Of a stretch of 64,000 bases of DNA, positions 1 through 9,949 are shown piece by piece. The stretch's first letter is position 1. The number at the start of each line of letters is the position of its first letter. Made by a program: the position numbers and the translations under genes. The notes beneath the pieces were generated by a model, which saw only the letters and a program-made list of their open reading frames with translations, did not search any database and was not told the origin of the DNA. Origin of the DNA: Histomonas meleagridis 2922-C6/04-290x (Eukaryota; Protista; Parabasalia); the NCBI GenBank assembly GCA_020184695.1, contig JAANOX010000248.1, positions 195,452-259,451 of the forward strand, written 5' to 3'.

Positions 1-399
1 GTCAATGTCCGTGCAACATATGATATGAAACTTAGCGCAACACCACTCATACTTTCAATTCCATTACCAGATAATACATCAAATGTCAAAATCTCATCAA
101 CAACAGGACGCGGTAAATATGTTTCTAGTCAGAATGCTGTTGCTTGGAAGATCACTAACTTCCCTGGTGGAACACAAGCAGATATAAGTATTATTGTATC
201 TTGTCTTGCTGCTACTTCTAAGTCATCTCCTGCGACAAAGATTCAATTGCCAATTTCTGCCAACTTTAACCTTGCGATGTTTTCTGCTTCAGGTTTAGCA
301 TTAAGGTATTTAACAGTTGTAGAAAGATCTGGCTACACACCACAAAAATGGTTAAGATACACAACCAAAGCAGGTAAGTATGAGGTTCGTATGGTCTAA
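1..399 (+). CDS. Adaptor protein complex medium (mu) subunit, C-terminal part (5' truncated by the window edge)
   Basis: Frame open from base 1 (VNVRATYDMKL...). Motifs WKITNFPGG, F.L.MFSASGL.LRYL.VVE and KWLRYTTKAGKYEVR are typical of AP-1/AP-2 mu C-termini. Confidence 0.85.
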   Translation, partial: VNVRATYDMKLSATPLILSIPLPDNTSNVKISSTTGRGKYVSSQNAVAWKITNFPGGTQADISIIVSCLAATSKSSPATKIQLPISANFNLAMFSASGLALRYLTVVERSGYTPQKWLRYTTKAGKYEVRMV

Positions 400-555
400 A
401 ATATCAACTGCATGAAAAAAAAATTTTTTTTTGTTGCTGAGTTAACGTTCTCTTTGATTTGATGGTTTTCTATCGTTTTGCTTTCATTTTGTCGGGATTT
501 CAATTCAAAATGCATTTTGTGATAAACCGCCGGAAACTTCTGAATCGTTGCTCCC

Positions 556-565
556 TCACTTCACA
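556..565 (+). promoter_or_regulatory. Parabasalid initiator (Inr) element upstream of XRN1
   Basis: TCACTTCACA immediately before the ATG at 567; matches the TCAY(T/A) Inr consensus. Confidence 0.6.
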
Positions 566-566
566 T

Positions 567-3500
567 ATGGGCGTTCCAGGTTTTTATCGATGGCTTGTTC
601 AAAGATACCCATTAGTATTTAGGAAAATGTCTGATCCATCGCGTCCTAGATTTAATAATTCATATATTGATATGAATGGTATATTCTATAAAAGTTTAGA
701 AGCTTCGCATCAAATTGATGATACAATGTCTAAAGAATTTATTGGAGAAGTGCTTAGATATTTAGACATGCTTGTTCAAATAACAAGGCCAACTGATACT
801 TTATTTATTGCTGTAGATGGACCTGCTCCAATTGCAAAAGCAACACAACAAAGACATAGAAGATATCTTGCAACTAAAAAGTATACAGGCCACTCATTTA
901 AATCACCAAATTTCACACCAGGTACAGAATTTATGTATCAAATACATCTTGCTCTTGTTGATTTCATCAAAACAAAGACAAGAACAGATAGTGCGTGGAT
1001 GCGCCCAAAGGTTATTTATAGCAGTTGTTTTGTTCCAGGTGAAGGTGAACATAAGATTCTTGATTTTATTAGAATGAGAAGATCTCAACCTGATTGGAAA
1101 CCAGATCAAACGCACGTCTTATACTCAACAGATGCAGATCTTATCTTCTTAGGACTTCAATCACATGAACCTAATTTTAGTCTTATTCGAGAATCAGATG
1201 CACCTTTTGTTCAAAAAGAAACAGAAAAATATCAGATGAAATCGGCAAAGATGAAATATGGCCTTGAATACTTTGACTTACTTCATATTTCAATGATTCG
1301 TGATTATTTATCAATTGATTTCAAAGTCACTGGAGAAGAACTTGAAAAGACAATTGACGATTTTGTTGCTCTTTCTTTTCTTATTGGTAATGATTTCATT
1401 CCTGAGTTTCATAGCATTGAAATTCAGAAAGGTGGATTTAATATTATTGCTGATTGTTATAAAAAGCTTAAAGAAGAATCACCGACTGAGCATTTAGTTG
1501 TTGAAGGAACCTTTAATAAGAGTTTTCTTAAAAATCTGATCATAGCTGTATCCCAACATCTGGAAGATTGTTTTATTGAAGCACATAAAGCCACCAAGTT
1601 AAATGAAGCTGAACGTCATTCATTATTTTCACAAACCAATGAGAAGTATCTTCTTTCTAAATATCCCAAACGAAAAAATGACATCAAAAGTTTGATCGGC
1701 GACATGTCATATAAAACGCTCGAAGCATTTTATTGGGTTCTTCAATATTATAATTCGGGGTGCCCGTCATGGCGATGGAAATATCCATATCTTTATACAC
1801 CACCATTACCTATGATTATACCATACATTGATTCATTTGAGCCACATTTTGAAATCGGTCAACCACTTTCACCATTTCTTCAAGAGCTTTTAATCATTCC
1901 ACCACATTTTGCATCATTATTACCGAGTCCACTTCAATCATTAATGTTTCCGCCCTCCAAAATCTCATGTTATTATCCGAAAGATTTTGATTTAGATTAT
2001 AATGGTAAGAAATATGAATATCAAGCCGTTGTATTATTACCTGAAATTAACGAAGATGAAGTTGAAGAAGAATATAATAAACTTTATGACGCATTATCAC
2101 CAGAAGAATTAGAGCGAAACAAATTCATGAAAGCATTAGAGTTCTTTCATGATGAAACAGAGCCAAAAGAAATTGATGTCATATCGAAAATCATTCAGCC
2201 AATAATATACACTAAACAAACGCCGCCATGTGTACCAACATTAAATAACATAAAGTTCGAAACGCGTACCGAAGTTGTTCCTGTTATCTGTTTCGAGTTT
2301 CCTTCTAAACGCGATTCGATTGTAATAAAACCATTAATAAATAGGAAACCGCCAACAGATCTTCAGACACTATTAAATCAAAAGATATTATTCGATTGGC
2401 CTTATTTGAAGTTGGGCTTAATAATTGGCGTAATCGATAACAAAGGAAATCAAATTCTAATCGAAGGAAAAGAAAAACATAAATTTTTGCCAAATTTCGA
2501 AGAACTACAAAAACAATTCCTGACAAAATATGCTTTGGATATTAATGAAGTTAATGTATTACTCGAGGTTTTGGTGTATCATTCATCAACTAACGACGAA
2601 TCTTTGTTTACTTATTCATCGAGGTCAGTTTTCATTCCATTTCAATTAACGTTAGAAGTAAACCAAACAAATGCAATTCAGAGGTTTACGGAAGATACGA
2701 ATTCAGAAAATTTGAAGCCGAAAGTTGGAACAGAAATAATAATTTTGGGTGGTACTAATGATGGATCTAAAGGTATAATTACCAAAGTTAATAATGAGAA
2801 TACATATGATGTTAAAATCAACAAAGTTTTACCAATTAAAATTAGAAATATTATAACTAATGATTCGAAAGAATGGGTTAGTGATGACATCATAACGAAA
2901 TTGTTATCAATACCATTCCATGCATTACGTTCTATATTTACATCAATTTATATATCTGATGAACATGTAAATATCGCAATCCAACTTTATACACGTAATA
3001 AGAAAAATGTTATCAAAGGATATTGTAAGTTCGAAGATAACACATTTTATTATCATAAATCAATCATCGAGCTTCTTAAACAATACTTTAAGTTAAGTGG
3101 CAAATTGAAGGAACTTTTGTGTAAACCTGAGGAAAAGTCGAAACCTCAGAATCTTAAAGGAGTTTCATTTAAACTTGGAGAAATATTTGGTACGACCAGT
3201 AAAACGTATCAACTTGCCAAACTTAATGACTTGAAGCAATTTCTAAATGATAATGCACCTGCATCAAAAAGTATATTATGTTCTGTCAAAGAAAAACATT
3301 TTTCATATTCGACTTTATTAAACATCGAAAAGACAATTATTAACTCACCGAAAATCATAAAAGAAATTGAACTAAATGATGTAAACGAAAGTAAAATGTT
3401 ATGGCCTGGGAAACAATCGAACGAAAACAGAACAGTGACAATACCTCCAATCGGAAGCAGAGTCATAGCAATCGCTTCTTCTGGATCAGTTCCGTTTGGC

Positions 3501-3650
3501 TCGAAGGGCGTCGTGGTCGGGATCTGTAAGGATGAAAGGGTCGAAGTGCTGTTCGATGATATGTTGGAGTGCGGAACGAATTTGGAAGGAACAATACAAA
3601 CGATGAGGGGAATGGTGATGATGGCCGGCGAACTGATGATGCTGAATTAG
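567..3650 (+). CDS. XRN1: 5'-3' exoribonuclease XRN1-like
   Basis: MGVPGFYRWL start, YIDMNGI, AVDGPAP.AK..QQR.RR, NFTPGTEFM, PGEGEHKI, DADLIFLGL, IGNDFIP, W.W.YPY.Y.P; C-terminal SH3-like VPFG..G.VVG segment. Start moved from ORF position 459 to ATG 567. Confidence 0.93.
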   Translation: MGVPGFYRWLVQRYPLVFRKMSDPSRPRFNNSYIDMNGIFYKSLEASHQIDDTMSKEFIGEVLRYLDMLVQITRPTDTLFIAVDGPAPIAKATQQRHRRYLATKKYTGHSFKSPNFTPGTEFMYQIHLALVDFIKTKTRTDSAWMRPKVIYSSCFVPGEGEHKILDFIRMRRSQPDWKPDQTHVLYSTDADLIFLGLQSHEPNFSLIRESDAPFVQKETEKYQMKSAKMKYGLEYFDLLHISMIRDYLSIDFKVTGEELEKTIDDFVALSFLIGNDFIPEFHSIEIQKGGFNIIADCYKKLKEESPTEHLVVEGTFNKSFLKNLIIAVSQHLEDCFIEAHKATKLNEAERHSLFSQTNEKYLLSKYPKRKNDIKSLIGDMSYKTLEAFYWVLQYYNSGCPSWRWKYPYLYTPPLPMIIPYIDSFEPHFEIGQPLSPFLQELLIIPPHFASLLPSPLQSLMFPPSKISCYYPKDFDLDYNGKKYEYQAVVLLPEINEDEVEEEYNKLYDALSPEELERNKFMKALEFFHDETEPKEIDVISKIIQPIIYTKQTPPCVPTLNNIKFETRTEVVPVICFEFPSKRDSIVIKPLINRKPPTDLQTLLNQKILFDWPYLKLGLIIGVIDNKGNQILIEGKEKHKFLPNFEELQKQFLTKYALDINEVNVLLEVLVYHSSTNDESLFTYSSRSVFIPFQLTLEVNQTNAIQRFTEDTNSENLKPKVGTEIIILGGTNDGSKGIITKVNNENTYDVKINKVLPIKIRNIITNDSKEWVSDDIITKLLSIPFHALRSIFTSIYISDEHVNIAIQLYTRNKKNVIKGYCKFEDNTFYYHKSIIELLKQYFKLSGKLKELLCKPEEKSKPQNLKGVSFKLGEIFGTTSKTYQLAKLNDLKQFLNDNAPASKSILCSVKEKHFSYSTLLNIEKTIINSPKIIKEIELNDVNESKMLWPGKQSNENRTVTIPPIGSRVIAIASSGSVPFGSKGVVVGICKDERVEVLFDDMLECGTNLEGTIQTMRGMVMMAGELMMLN

Positions 3651-4350
3651 TATGCGTTGTTTTTTTATGGTACAAATTACGTTATTTGTATATATTAAAA
3701 CAATTTAAAAATAATTTTTTATGTGATTTATCATTGTTTAATATTTAAAATGTTTTGGTTTTCATTCTTTGAAAGTTCATCATAATTGCTGATGATTTTA
3801 TCTTGATTTTAATGTTTTAAATTATGAATTTTTCACTTGACGTGTAATTATGGAATATTTTCATTGATTAATAAAATTTTAAAGAAGATGCATTTGCATT
3901 GACTCTTGCGTGCTTTGCTGAATAAGAAGTTATTGTTATTAATTTTTTTATTTCAAACAACAAAAAATGTACAAATCATTTCACTAAATATGAGGTAAAT
4001 TTTTATTGATATTGTTTATTATCAATTGTGATGAATGAGAAATATTTTTATTGTTTCATTAAAAAAACAATTTGCTTTATCAGCACTACCAACTTTTTTA
4101 TTCAGTTTTTTCATCTGATATCAAATTTCATATTAAAAAATAAATTTATTTGTTACAAAAATTATCTTTAATCAGACAGCGTAAGGTGATTTCACGCGAT
4201 GATGACTTTCATATGTTATAAACAAGTGAATGGCATATTTAAAATATTTGGATTATATGAATTTTACAATTTATGTTTGATTTCAAAAAATATAAAAAAC
4301 TTAATATAATTCTATTTACAAAATTCCGACTTTAAAAACATTCCAGCAAA

Positions 4351-5487
4351 TCATTCTCCGTTGTCATCATCGTTTAGCTCGTCATAAGTAAATGTCTGTT
4401 CGTTATTAACATTTACATTTTCCTCTTGTTCGTTATTATCAACAATTATTTCTCTTTTTTCTTCTTCATTCTTTTTGCGTTCTGCTTCCTTTAACATTTC
4501 ATCGAGATCATATCTACATATTGGACATTTCATTTGTTGCATTGTCCATCTTTCGAGACAATCAGTATGTAAGCAATGTCCGCAAGGTAACTTTTTAGAG
4601 TCATTTTCAGTCATTTCAAGCCTACAAATAATGCATGTGTTATCATGCTCAATATCAGCAGAATTTGCACTAGGAAGATAGTCGTTAAACAACGATTGCA
4701 TCCTCTTCCAATCGTTGAACTTTTTGAATGACTCTCTCAATTTGTTAACGTTGTCCAAAATGTTTTTGGAAAGAACAAAAAATGTGAAAGAGCCAAGCCC
4801 TAATGAAATGGCTCTTCTAGCTTCAAGGGCAAGGAAAATAACTCGAAGTATACAATTGGTAGATTCTGATATAATTTGTGATACAAATATTAGTCGATAA
4901 GAACTTTGTGAGTTACCAACATTCTCACGGTCGTAAAGTACAATAAAATGAGAAAAAATCCCTTGAAGTGTTTCAACAAAAATAGTTGAATAATGCATAT
5001 GGAAAAACGTAGAATTGTACTTGAAAAAGAAATAAATAGAAAGAAGGGACATGGTTAGTTGTCCATACATAATTCGTATGTGTTGCTTAGGTGAAGGAAG
5101 AGAAATTGATGAATATAAATCTTCAACTTTTTTCTGTATTATCATATGAATAAAAAGAAAATAGAAAGCAAAAAGATGTTCCGCTAGATAATTGTTACCA
5201 TCAATTAGGTAAAAGAAATAGAATAAAATGTTGGATACTCTTTCAGATGCAACCTTGATTGCTAAACTTGAGACATCTCCGACAGAGAACTTAAGTAGGC
5301 ACAAGGATATCGAAAGTAATATCCAAAAAAGAAAATTACTGAAAATCAAATGATGAAAATTATCTTCAAAAAATGAAATGAACATGTCATAAAAAGATTT
5401 TGTAGAGATCCATAATTTAGATGCCGAAAACATCATTATTGATATTGTAAGTATGGTGTAAATTTCGTAGTATTTCCTTAACAACAT
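4351..5487 (-). CDS. Multi-pass membrane RING-H2 E3 ubiquitin ligase (HRD1/gp78-like)
   Basis: Several hydrophobic helices, then CIICRLEM...KKLPCGHCLHTDCLERW...KCPICR (RING-H2) and an acidic tail. Confidence 0.8.
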   Translation of the reverse strand: MLLRKYYEIYTILTISIMMFSASKLWISTKSFYDMFISFFEDNFHHLIFSNFLFWILLSISLCLLKFSVGDVSSLAIKVASERVSNILFYFFYLIDGNNYLAEHLFAFYFLFIHMIIQKKVEDLYSSISLPSPKQHIRIMYGQLTMSLLSIYFFFKYNSTFFHMHYSTIFVETLQGIFSHFIVLYDRENVGNSQSSYRLIFVSQIISESTNCILRVIFLALEARRAISLGLGSFTFFVLSKNILDNVNKLRESFKKFNDWKRMQSLFNDYLPSANSADIEHDNTCIICRLEMTENDSKKLPCGHCLHTDCLERWTMQQMKCPICRYDLDEMLKEAERKKNEEEKREIIVDNNEQEENVNVNNEQTFTYDELNDDDNGE

Positions 5488-5703
5488 TTGGTCAGCAGTT
5501 TTTGTTTCAATCCTTTACAAATTTTTAAACGGTTTGACCAAATTTCGAAAAAAATCCGAAACTTGATTCAACTTTTATTTAACCAGAAATCTGGATGATT
5601 TTTGGAAGACATTAGCACATAGTTGTTTTGTAATTTGTAATACAAATTCATAAAGATTCCATAAAAGATTAAAAAAGAATTTCCCATTAAAGTTTTAATT
5701 TAT

Positions 5704-5892
5704 TTACTGGCTTTGTGAGTTTGGACCAACCTTACGCTTAGCATCTGGGTTAGCTGAAAGGAAATACTTATTATAATGTTTGCGAGTTGCTGCACGACCG
5801 CGAAGTGGCTTTGGCTTTTCCATCTTTGGAACCTTTGGTGTGTTAGAACGAACCTTACCTGCTTGAGCGAGAGAACCGTGAACCTTTCCCAT
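5704..5892 (-). CDS. RPS30: 40S ribosomal protein S30 (eS30)
   Basis: MGKVHGSLAQAGKVRSNTPKVPK...GRA..RK.YN signature; ATG at 5892. Confidence 0.95.
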   Translation of the reverse strand: MGKVHGSLAQAGKVRSNTPKVPKMEKPKPLRGRAATRKHYNKYFLSANPDAKRKVGPNSQSQ

Positions 5893-5898
5893 TTTTAA

Positions 5899-5922
5899 AA
5901 AGGCCAAACATTTAAACGGTTT
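5899..5922 (-). promoter_or_regulatory. M3 (RCCGTTT) + M5 (CCTTT) core promoter of RPS30
   Basis: Gene strand reads AAACCGTTT...GGCCTTTTTAAAAATG, the tandem M3/M5 layout described for trichomonad ribosomal-protein genes. Lies in a ~95-bp divergent gap shared with AC19. Confidence 0.6.
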
Positions 5923-5987
5923 TCATATATTTCAAATCACATTTCTTACTCATAAACAAAAAAGTGTCAGTAAACGTTTTCTTTAAT

Positions 5988-6308
5988 ATGGTAGAGCCAA
6001 GTACTTGCACAATTACTTTTGATAATGAAAATGATCCATCAAGTGGATCATTCTTTTTCACCAGTGAAACACACACAATGGGAAATGCAATTCGTCAAAC
6101 CTTGATTCCAAATGAAAGTGTTGATTTTTGCTCATATTCTGTTCCACACCCAGCCGAAAGCAAAATGCGTCTTAGAATACAAGCAAAAGAAGGAGAAAAT
6201 ATCATAGATATTTTAGATGGGGCTTTAAACGATTTTTCAACTTGGTGTAATAATACAGAAAATATTTTCGAAGCTGCAATGAATGAGTACTTAAGCCAAA
6301 ATATGTAA
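5988..6308 (+). CDS. POLR1D: RNA polymerase I/III shared subunit AC19 (RPB11 family)
   Basis: ETHTMGNAIR..L......FCSYSVPHP.E.KMRLRIQ motif. Confidence 0.85.
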   Translation: MVEPSTCTITFDNENDPSSGSFFFTSETHTMGNAIRQTLIPNESVDFCSYSVPHPAESKMRLRIQAKEGENIIDILDGALNDFSTWCNNTENIFEAAMNEYLSQNM

Positions 6309-6561
6309 ATGTTATTTTCTTCACGTGTTTCTAACAATTTTAGTAAATATTTCCTTCTTTGTTCTAAAACAATAACAATATTTTCTGATAGTTGAATCAT
6401 AAAAATTATTTTTTTGCATTAAAATTAATCAAATCTGCATAAGGATAAGCAAATTAAGAATTTTTTTCTTCATATAAAATTAACGTACAATTGTTCAAAA
6501 TTGAACATTAACGACACATAACCGGTAAAATGCATTCAAATAAAAGTACGATACAAACAGT

Positions 6562-8094
6562 TTACTTTTTCTCATTTTTCATTTTTTCGATGATCTCCAA
6601 CTTTCTCTTCAGTAAAAACTCTATTTCATCACTTACAATTTTTTGTGTATAATTAACTCCATCAAGGTCAAAATTTTGTGAAGAATTTTCACAAAATTTA
6701 TTTCTTAATTCGAACAATTTTTCGATTTTTTTGTTGCAATTCTTCAGTTCGTCAATGGAATCATTCACTTCGCCAATTCCAAGAAATTCTTTACGTAATT
6801 TTGTTAATTGTTTTCTTAATTTCTTGTTTTCCTCGATAGCTGAAGTTTTTTCTTTTTTGTTTTCTTCATTTGAAAACATTTTTTGTTCGAAACTTTTAAG
6901 AAGTTTAATTTCGTGTTGCAATAAATAACTTGAAGATATTGGCGTGCTTAAGTCGTTCGAACTTTTGTTTATCAGTTCGATGAAATTTATGTTTTCGATA
7001 TCCTTTTTCATATCATTATAAAATTTGGTCAAATGTTCTTTGTTGTTCTTTTTTAAGTTATGTAACTCATCTAAAAACAATGATATGGAGCTAACATCTT
7101 CAAATAATTGATGCAATCTTTGTAAACGCAATTCAATTTCAGAAAGAATTTGATTATTTTCAGATGTTTTAGATGTTGTAAGCTTTGTGGTTCCTGCCTT
7201 TTTAATTTGTCTAACTTTTTTTGGAGTGGTCATATCGACCTTTGATAGAGATGTAGTTTTACTTTTTGGTGAATCTGTTGGAAGTACTGATTTATTAACG
7301 GTTTTGGGGTGCTCCTTTGACTTGTTATGTGAAATAAATGATGACTTTGGGCTGTTAACGATGGGCATTTTAGGAATACTGCCAAGAAATAACTCATGAA
7401 CACTACGTGGAGATGGTGGTTGGCTTTTTGCATCATTGTAATTTGACATGCTAAACTTTTTTTGAATTCTTTTAAGAAATATATCAAAGTTAACAACTAC
7501 ATCAGGAATTGTAACTTTGATGGGACTTTGATAGCTGCTAGGAAGTCCTCGAAGTATACTTTCAATGTTACGTGTGATTGAAGTAATTTTGTTTGTTTTT
7601 TGTTGTCGTTCCATTTGTGAAAGTTTAAAAAGATCATCAGATTGAAGTGATATTCTTGTTTTAAGAGATTGTAATTTCTTTTTTGCTATTTCATATGATT
7701 TTTGCTGAATTTTAATTTCAATGGAATCAATTAATGACATTAATTTTTCAGCACTCGCATTCATTTTTCTTTGTGTAGGAATGGAATTTGGTGCACATCT
7801 TAAGAAATCTTTGAGAAAAATTCTAATTTGTTCTAAAGAATTAGTAGGAAGAGGTTTGTTTTGCAAAATTTTTGGATGAGTTACCACACAGCTTTGAACT
7901 GTAGACATAATTTTATTCCATTGTATTACAAATAAAGAAAGTTCAAAACTAATTGGATTCAATGCTTTTCTCAGTTCTTGTAGCATTCCTAAAATTTGGA
8001 CGCCATTGGGAATTAGTGCTGTATTTTTTTGGTAATAATTAATTACAATTGTTAGATTGTCTGATATTTTTTGGATGGATTCTTCTTTCTCCAT
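6562..8094 (-). CDS. Hypothetical coiled-coil protein
   Basis: 510-aa ATG ORF with heptad-rich K/E segments and an S/P/T-rich linker; no family recognised. Confidence 0.7.
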   Translation of the reverse strand: MEKEESIQKISDNLTIVINYYQKNTALIPNGVQILGMLQELRKALNPISFELSLFVIQWNKIMSTVQSCVVTHPKILQNKPLPTNSLEQIRIFLKDFLRCAPNSIPTQRKMNASAEKLMSLIDSIEIKIQQKSYEIAKKKLQSLKTRISLQSDDLFKLSQMERQQKTNKITSITRNIESILRGLPSSYQSPIKVTIPDVVVNFDIFLKRIQKKFSMSNYNDAKSQPPSPRSVHELFLGSIPKMPIVNSPKSSFISHNKSKEHPKTVNKSVLPTDSPKSKTTSLSKVDMTTPKKVRQIKKAGTTKLTTSKTSENNQILSEIELRLQRLHQLFEDVSSISLFLDELHNLKKNNKEHLTKFYNDMKKDIENINFIELINKSSNDLSTPISSSYLLQHEIKLLKSFEQKMFSNEENKKEKTSAIEENKKLRKQLTKLRKEFLGIGEVNDSIDELKNCNKKIEKLFELRNKFCENSSQNFDLDGVNYTQKIVSDEIEFLLKRKLEIIEKMKNEKK

Positions 8095-8376
8095 TTTTGA
8101 GAAAAAAGTGTTAACGAGAACGTTTATTAACGATCTGAAAAAACCAAAGACAAAGATTTGAAATCTCTTGGAAAAAAAACATTTTAATTAAGCAAAAATA
8201 GCTTTGTTGAATCCTTCATATGGTTATATACAATGATAACCTAACAAATAAAGGAATCATTTTCATGTGCACATTGAGAATTTTTATTTAAGATGCATTT
8301 TTTACAATATGCGATTACATTAATTTCAACAATAATATGTTTTTTTAGAGCATATATTCATTAAAAGTCGATTTTA

Positions 8377-9654
8377 TTAAATGAAATGAACTATCATCAC
8401 AACCAGTAACAGAATCACACCCAATACCATCAGTCCTTGCTTAGGGTCGTCTTGAACAATATGTTTAATATTTTCAACATTAACCATATTTTTAATTGCT
8501 TCCACATTGACCATACTTTCGAATTTTTGTTTCTTAATTGGCTCATCGATTACATCAGGTGCTTCAACTTCTTTTTGATATAAGTCACCTACTGTCATTC
8601 CTGGTTGTAATGTTATAACAAATGATTGATACCCTTTAGTTGTATCGTTCTTTAAGTTATCGGTTGATACATTGGATGTATCGGCCTCTGGGGTGCCCTC
8701 AGTCTTGAAAAGTGACTCGAAAACGGCCTCTCTATCGTACTTATCGGCCTTTAAAATAAACGGGTGCTGAAGCAGCTCGGGAATTTTTGCTCGAGCTTGT
8801 GGATCAATAATCATGCATTGGCGGATGAAGTCTTGGAACTCTTTAGATATTTTATGACCTTGGCGGAAGCCTGGGAAACCTTTTGTTGCAATTTCGACCA
8901 TTGCTCGCATTGCAGGAAATTCACAATATGGTGGAGCGCCTTCAATAAGCTCAATAGCAGTAGCGCCAATGCTCCACACATCGGCGGGGTATGAATATTT
9001 CATTCCGTTGATAACTTCGGGGGCCATCCAATATGGAGTACCAACAATTGAACATGTTTGGAAGGTCTTTTCAATATCAAATTGTCTGGAAACACCAAAG
9101 TCAGCAATACGAACTTCACCTTTAGAAGTAAGTAAAATATTACCGGCTTTGATATCTCGATGAACAATGTGGTATTTTTCGTGTAAGAACATAAGAGCCA
9201 TGAGTGAATCATGGAGGACAACTGAAATTTGGGGTTCTGTTAATGGCTTTTTCTTTTTATCGATAATATCTCGAAGACTGCCTGCATCACAATACTCCAT
9301 TAAAATGGTTAATGACTTCTCGAAAATGAATGAACCAAAGTACTTAACTGTATATGGTGTTGAAATTTGTCTCATAAGGTCAATTTCTTGTTTAAGTGAA
9401 TCAAGTGATGACCTATTAAGAAGTTTTGGATTAATCATCTTTGCGGCAAGAATTGTGCCTGATGGGATATGTTTAAGAGTGCATACTGTTCCAAAACCAC
9501 CTTCACCAATAACTTTTTCTTTTTGGAAAACATCTGTTGGATTAACTGATTCATCAAAAGTCCAGTTGAGGTCTCTTCCAATATGAACGAGATGTTTAAC
9601 CTCAGTTGGCCCTGAAATGTGTAATTCTTCCTCGGTCATCAGAGAAAATGTCAT
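8377..9654 (-). CDS. STE20-family Ser/Thr kinase with N-terminal CRIB motif and C-terminal hydrophobic anchor
   Basis: ISGPTEVKHLVHIG (CRIB-like), GEGGFG, AAK, HRDIKAGNILL, DFG, GTPYWMAPE; C-terminus GLMVLGVILLLVVMIVHFI. Confidence 0.88.
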   Translation of the reverse strand: MTFSLMTEEELHISGPTEVKHLVHIGRDLNWTFDESVNPTDVFQKEKVIGEGGFGTVCTLKHIPSGTILAAKMINPKLLNRSSLDSLKQEIDLMRQISTPYTVKYFGSFIFEKSLTILMEYCDAGSLRDIIDKKKKPLTEPQISVVLHDSLMALMFLHEKYHIVHRDIKAGNILLTSKGEVRIADFGVSRQFDIEKTFQTCSIVGTPYWMAPEVINGMKYSYPADVWSIGATAIELIEGAPPYCEFPAMRAMVEIATKGFPGFRQGHKISKEFQDFIRQCMIIDPQARAKIPELLQHPFILKADKYDREAVFESLFKTEGTPEADTSNVSTDNLKNDTTKGYQSFVITLQPGMTVGDLYQKEVEAPDVIDEPIKKQKFESMVNVEAIKNMVNVENIKHIVQDDPKQGLMVLGVILLLVVMIVHFI

Positions 9655-9949
9655 AAACGGTCTCCGCTTATAGAAAAACAAAACGGTTTATGATGTTAAA
9701 ATAAACCGATGGTTGATAAGAATTTGCCTCACTTTGATTGAAGCATAAAAATTCGCTATGATGAATAAGTTTAAACAAAAAAATTATTAGTAAAGTTTAA
9801 AAGGATCGTTAATATTTTAAAGATGAAATTCATAAAATAAATTGAGTATGTCTCTTAAAATAATTGTCTTTAGGAATTAGGGTGCCCCTAATGAGAATGA
9901 GTTATCACTTTTTTGTTGGACTTTTTTATTATATTTGATTAAAAGTTCT

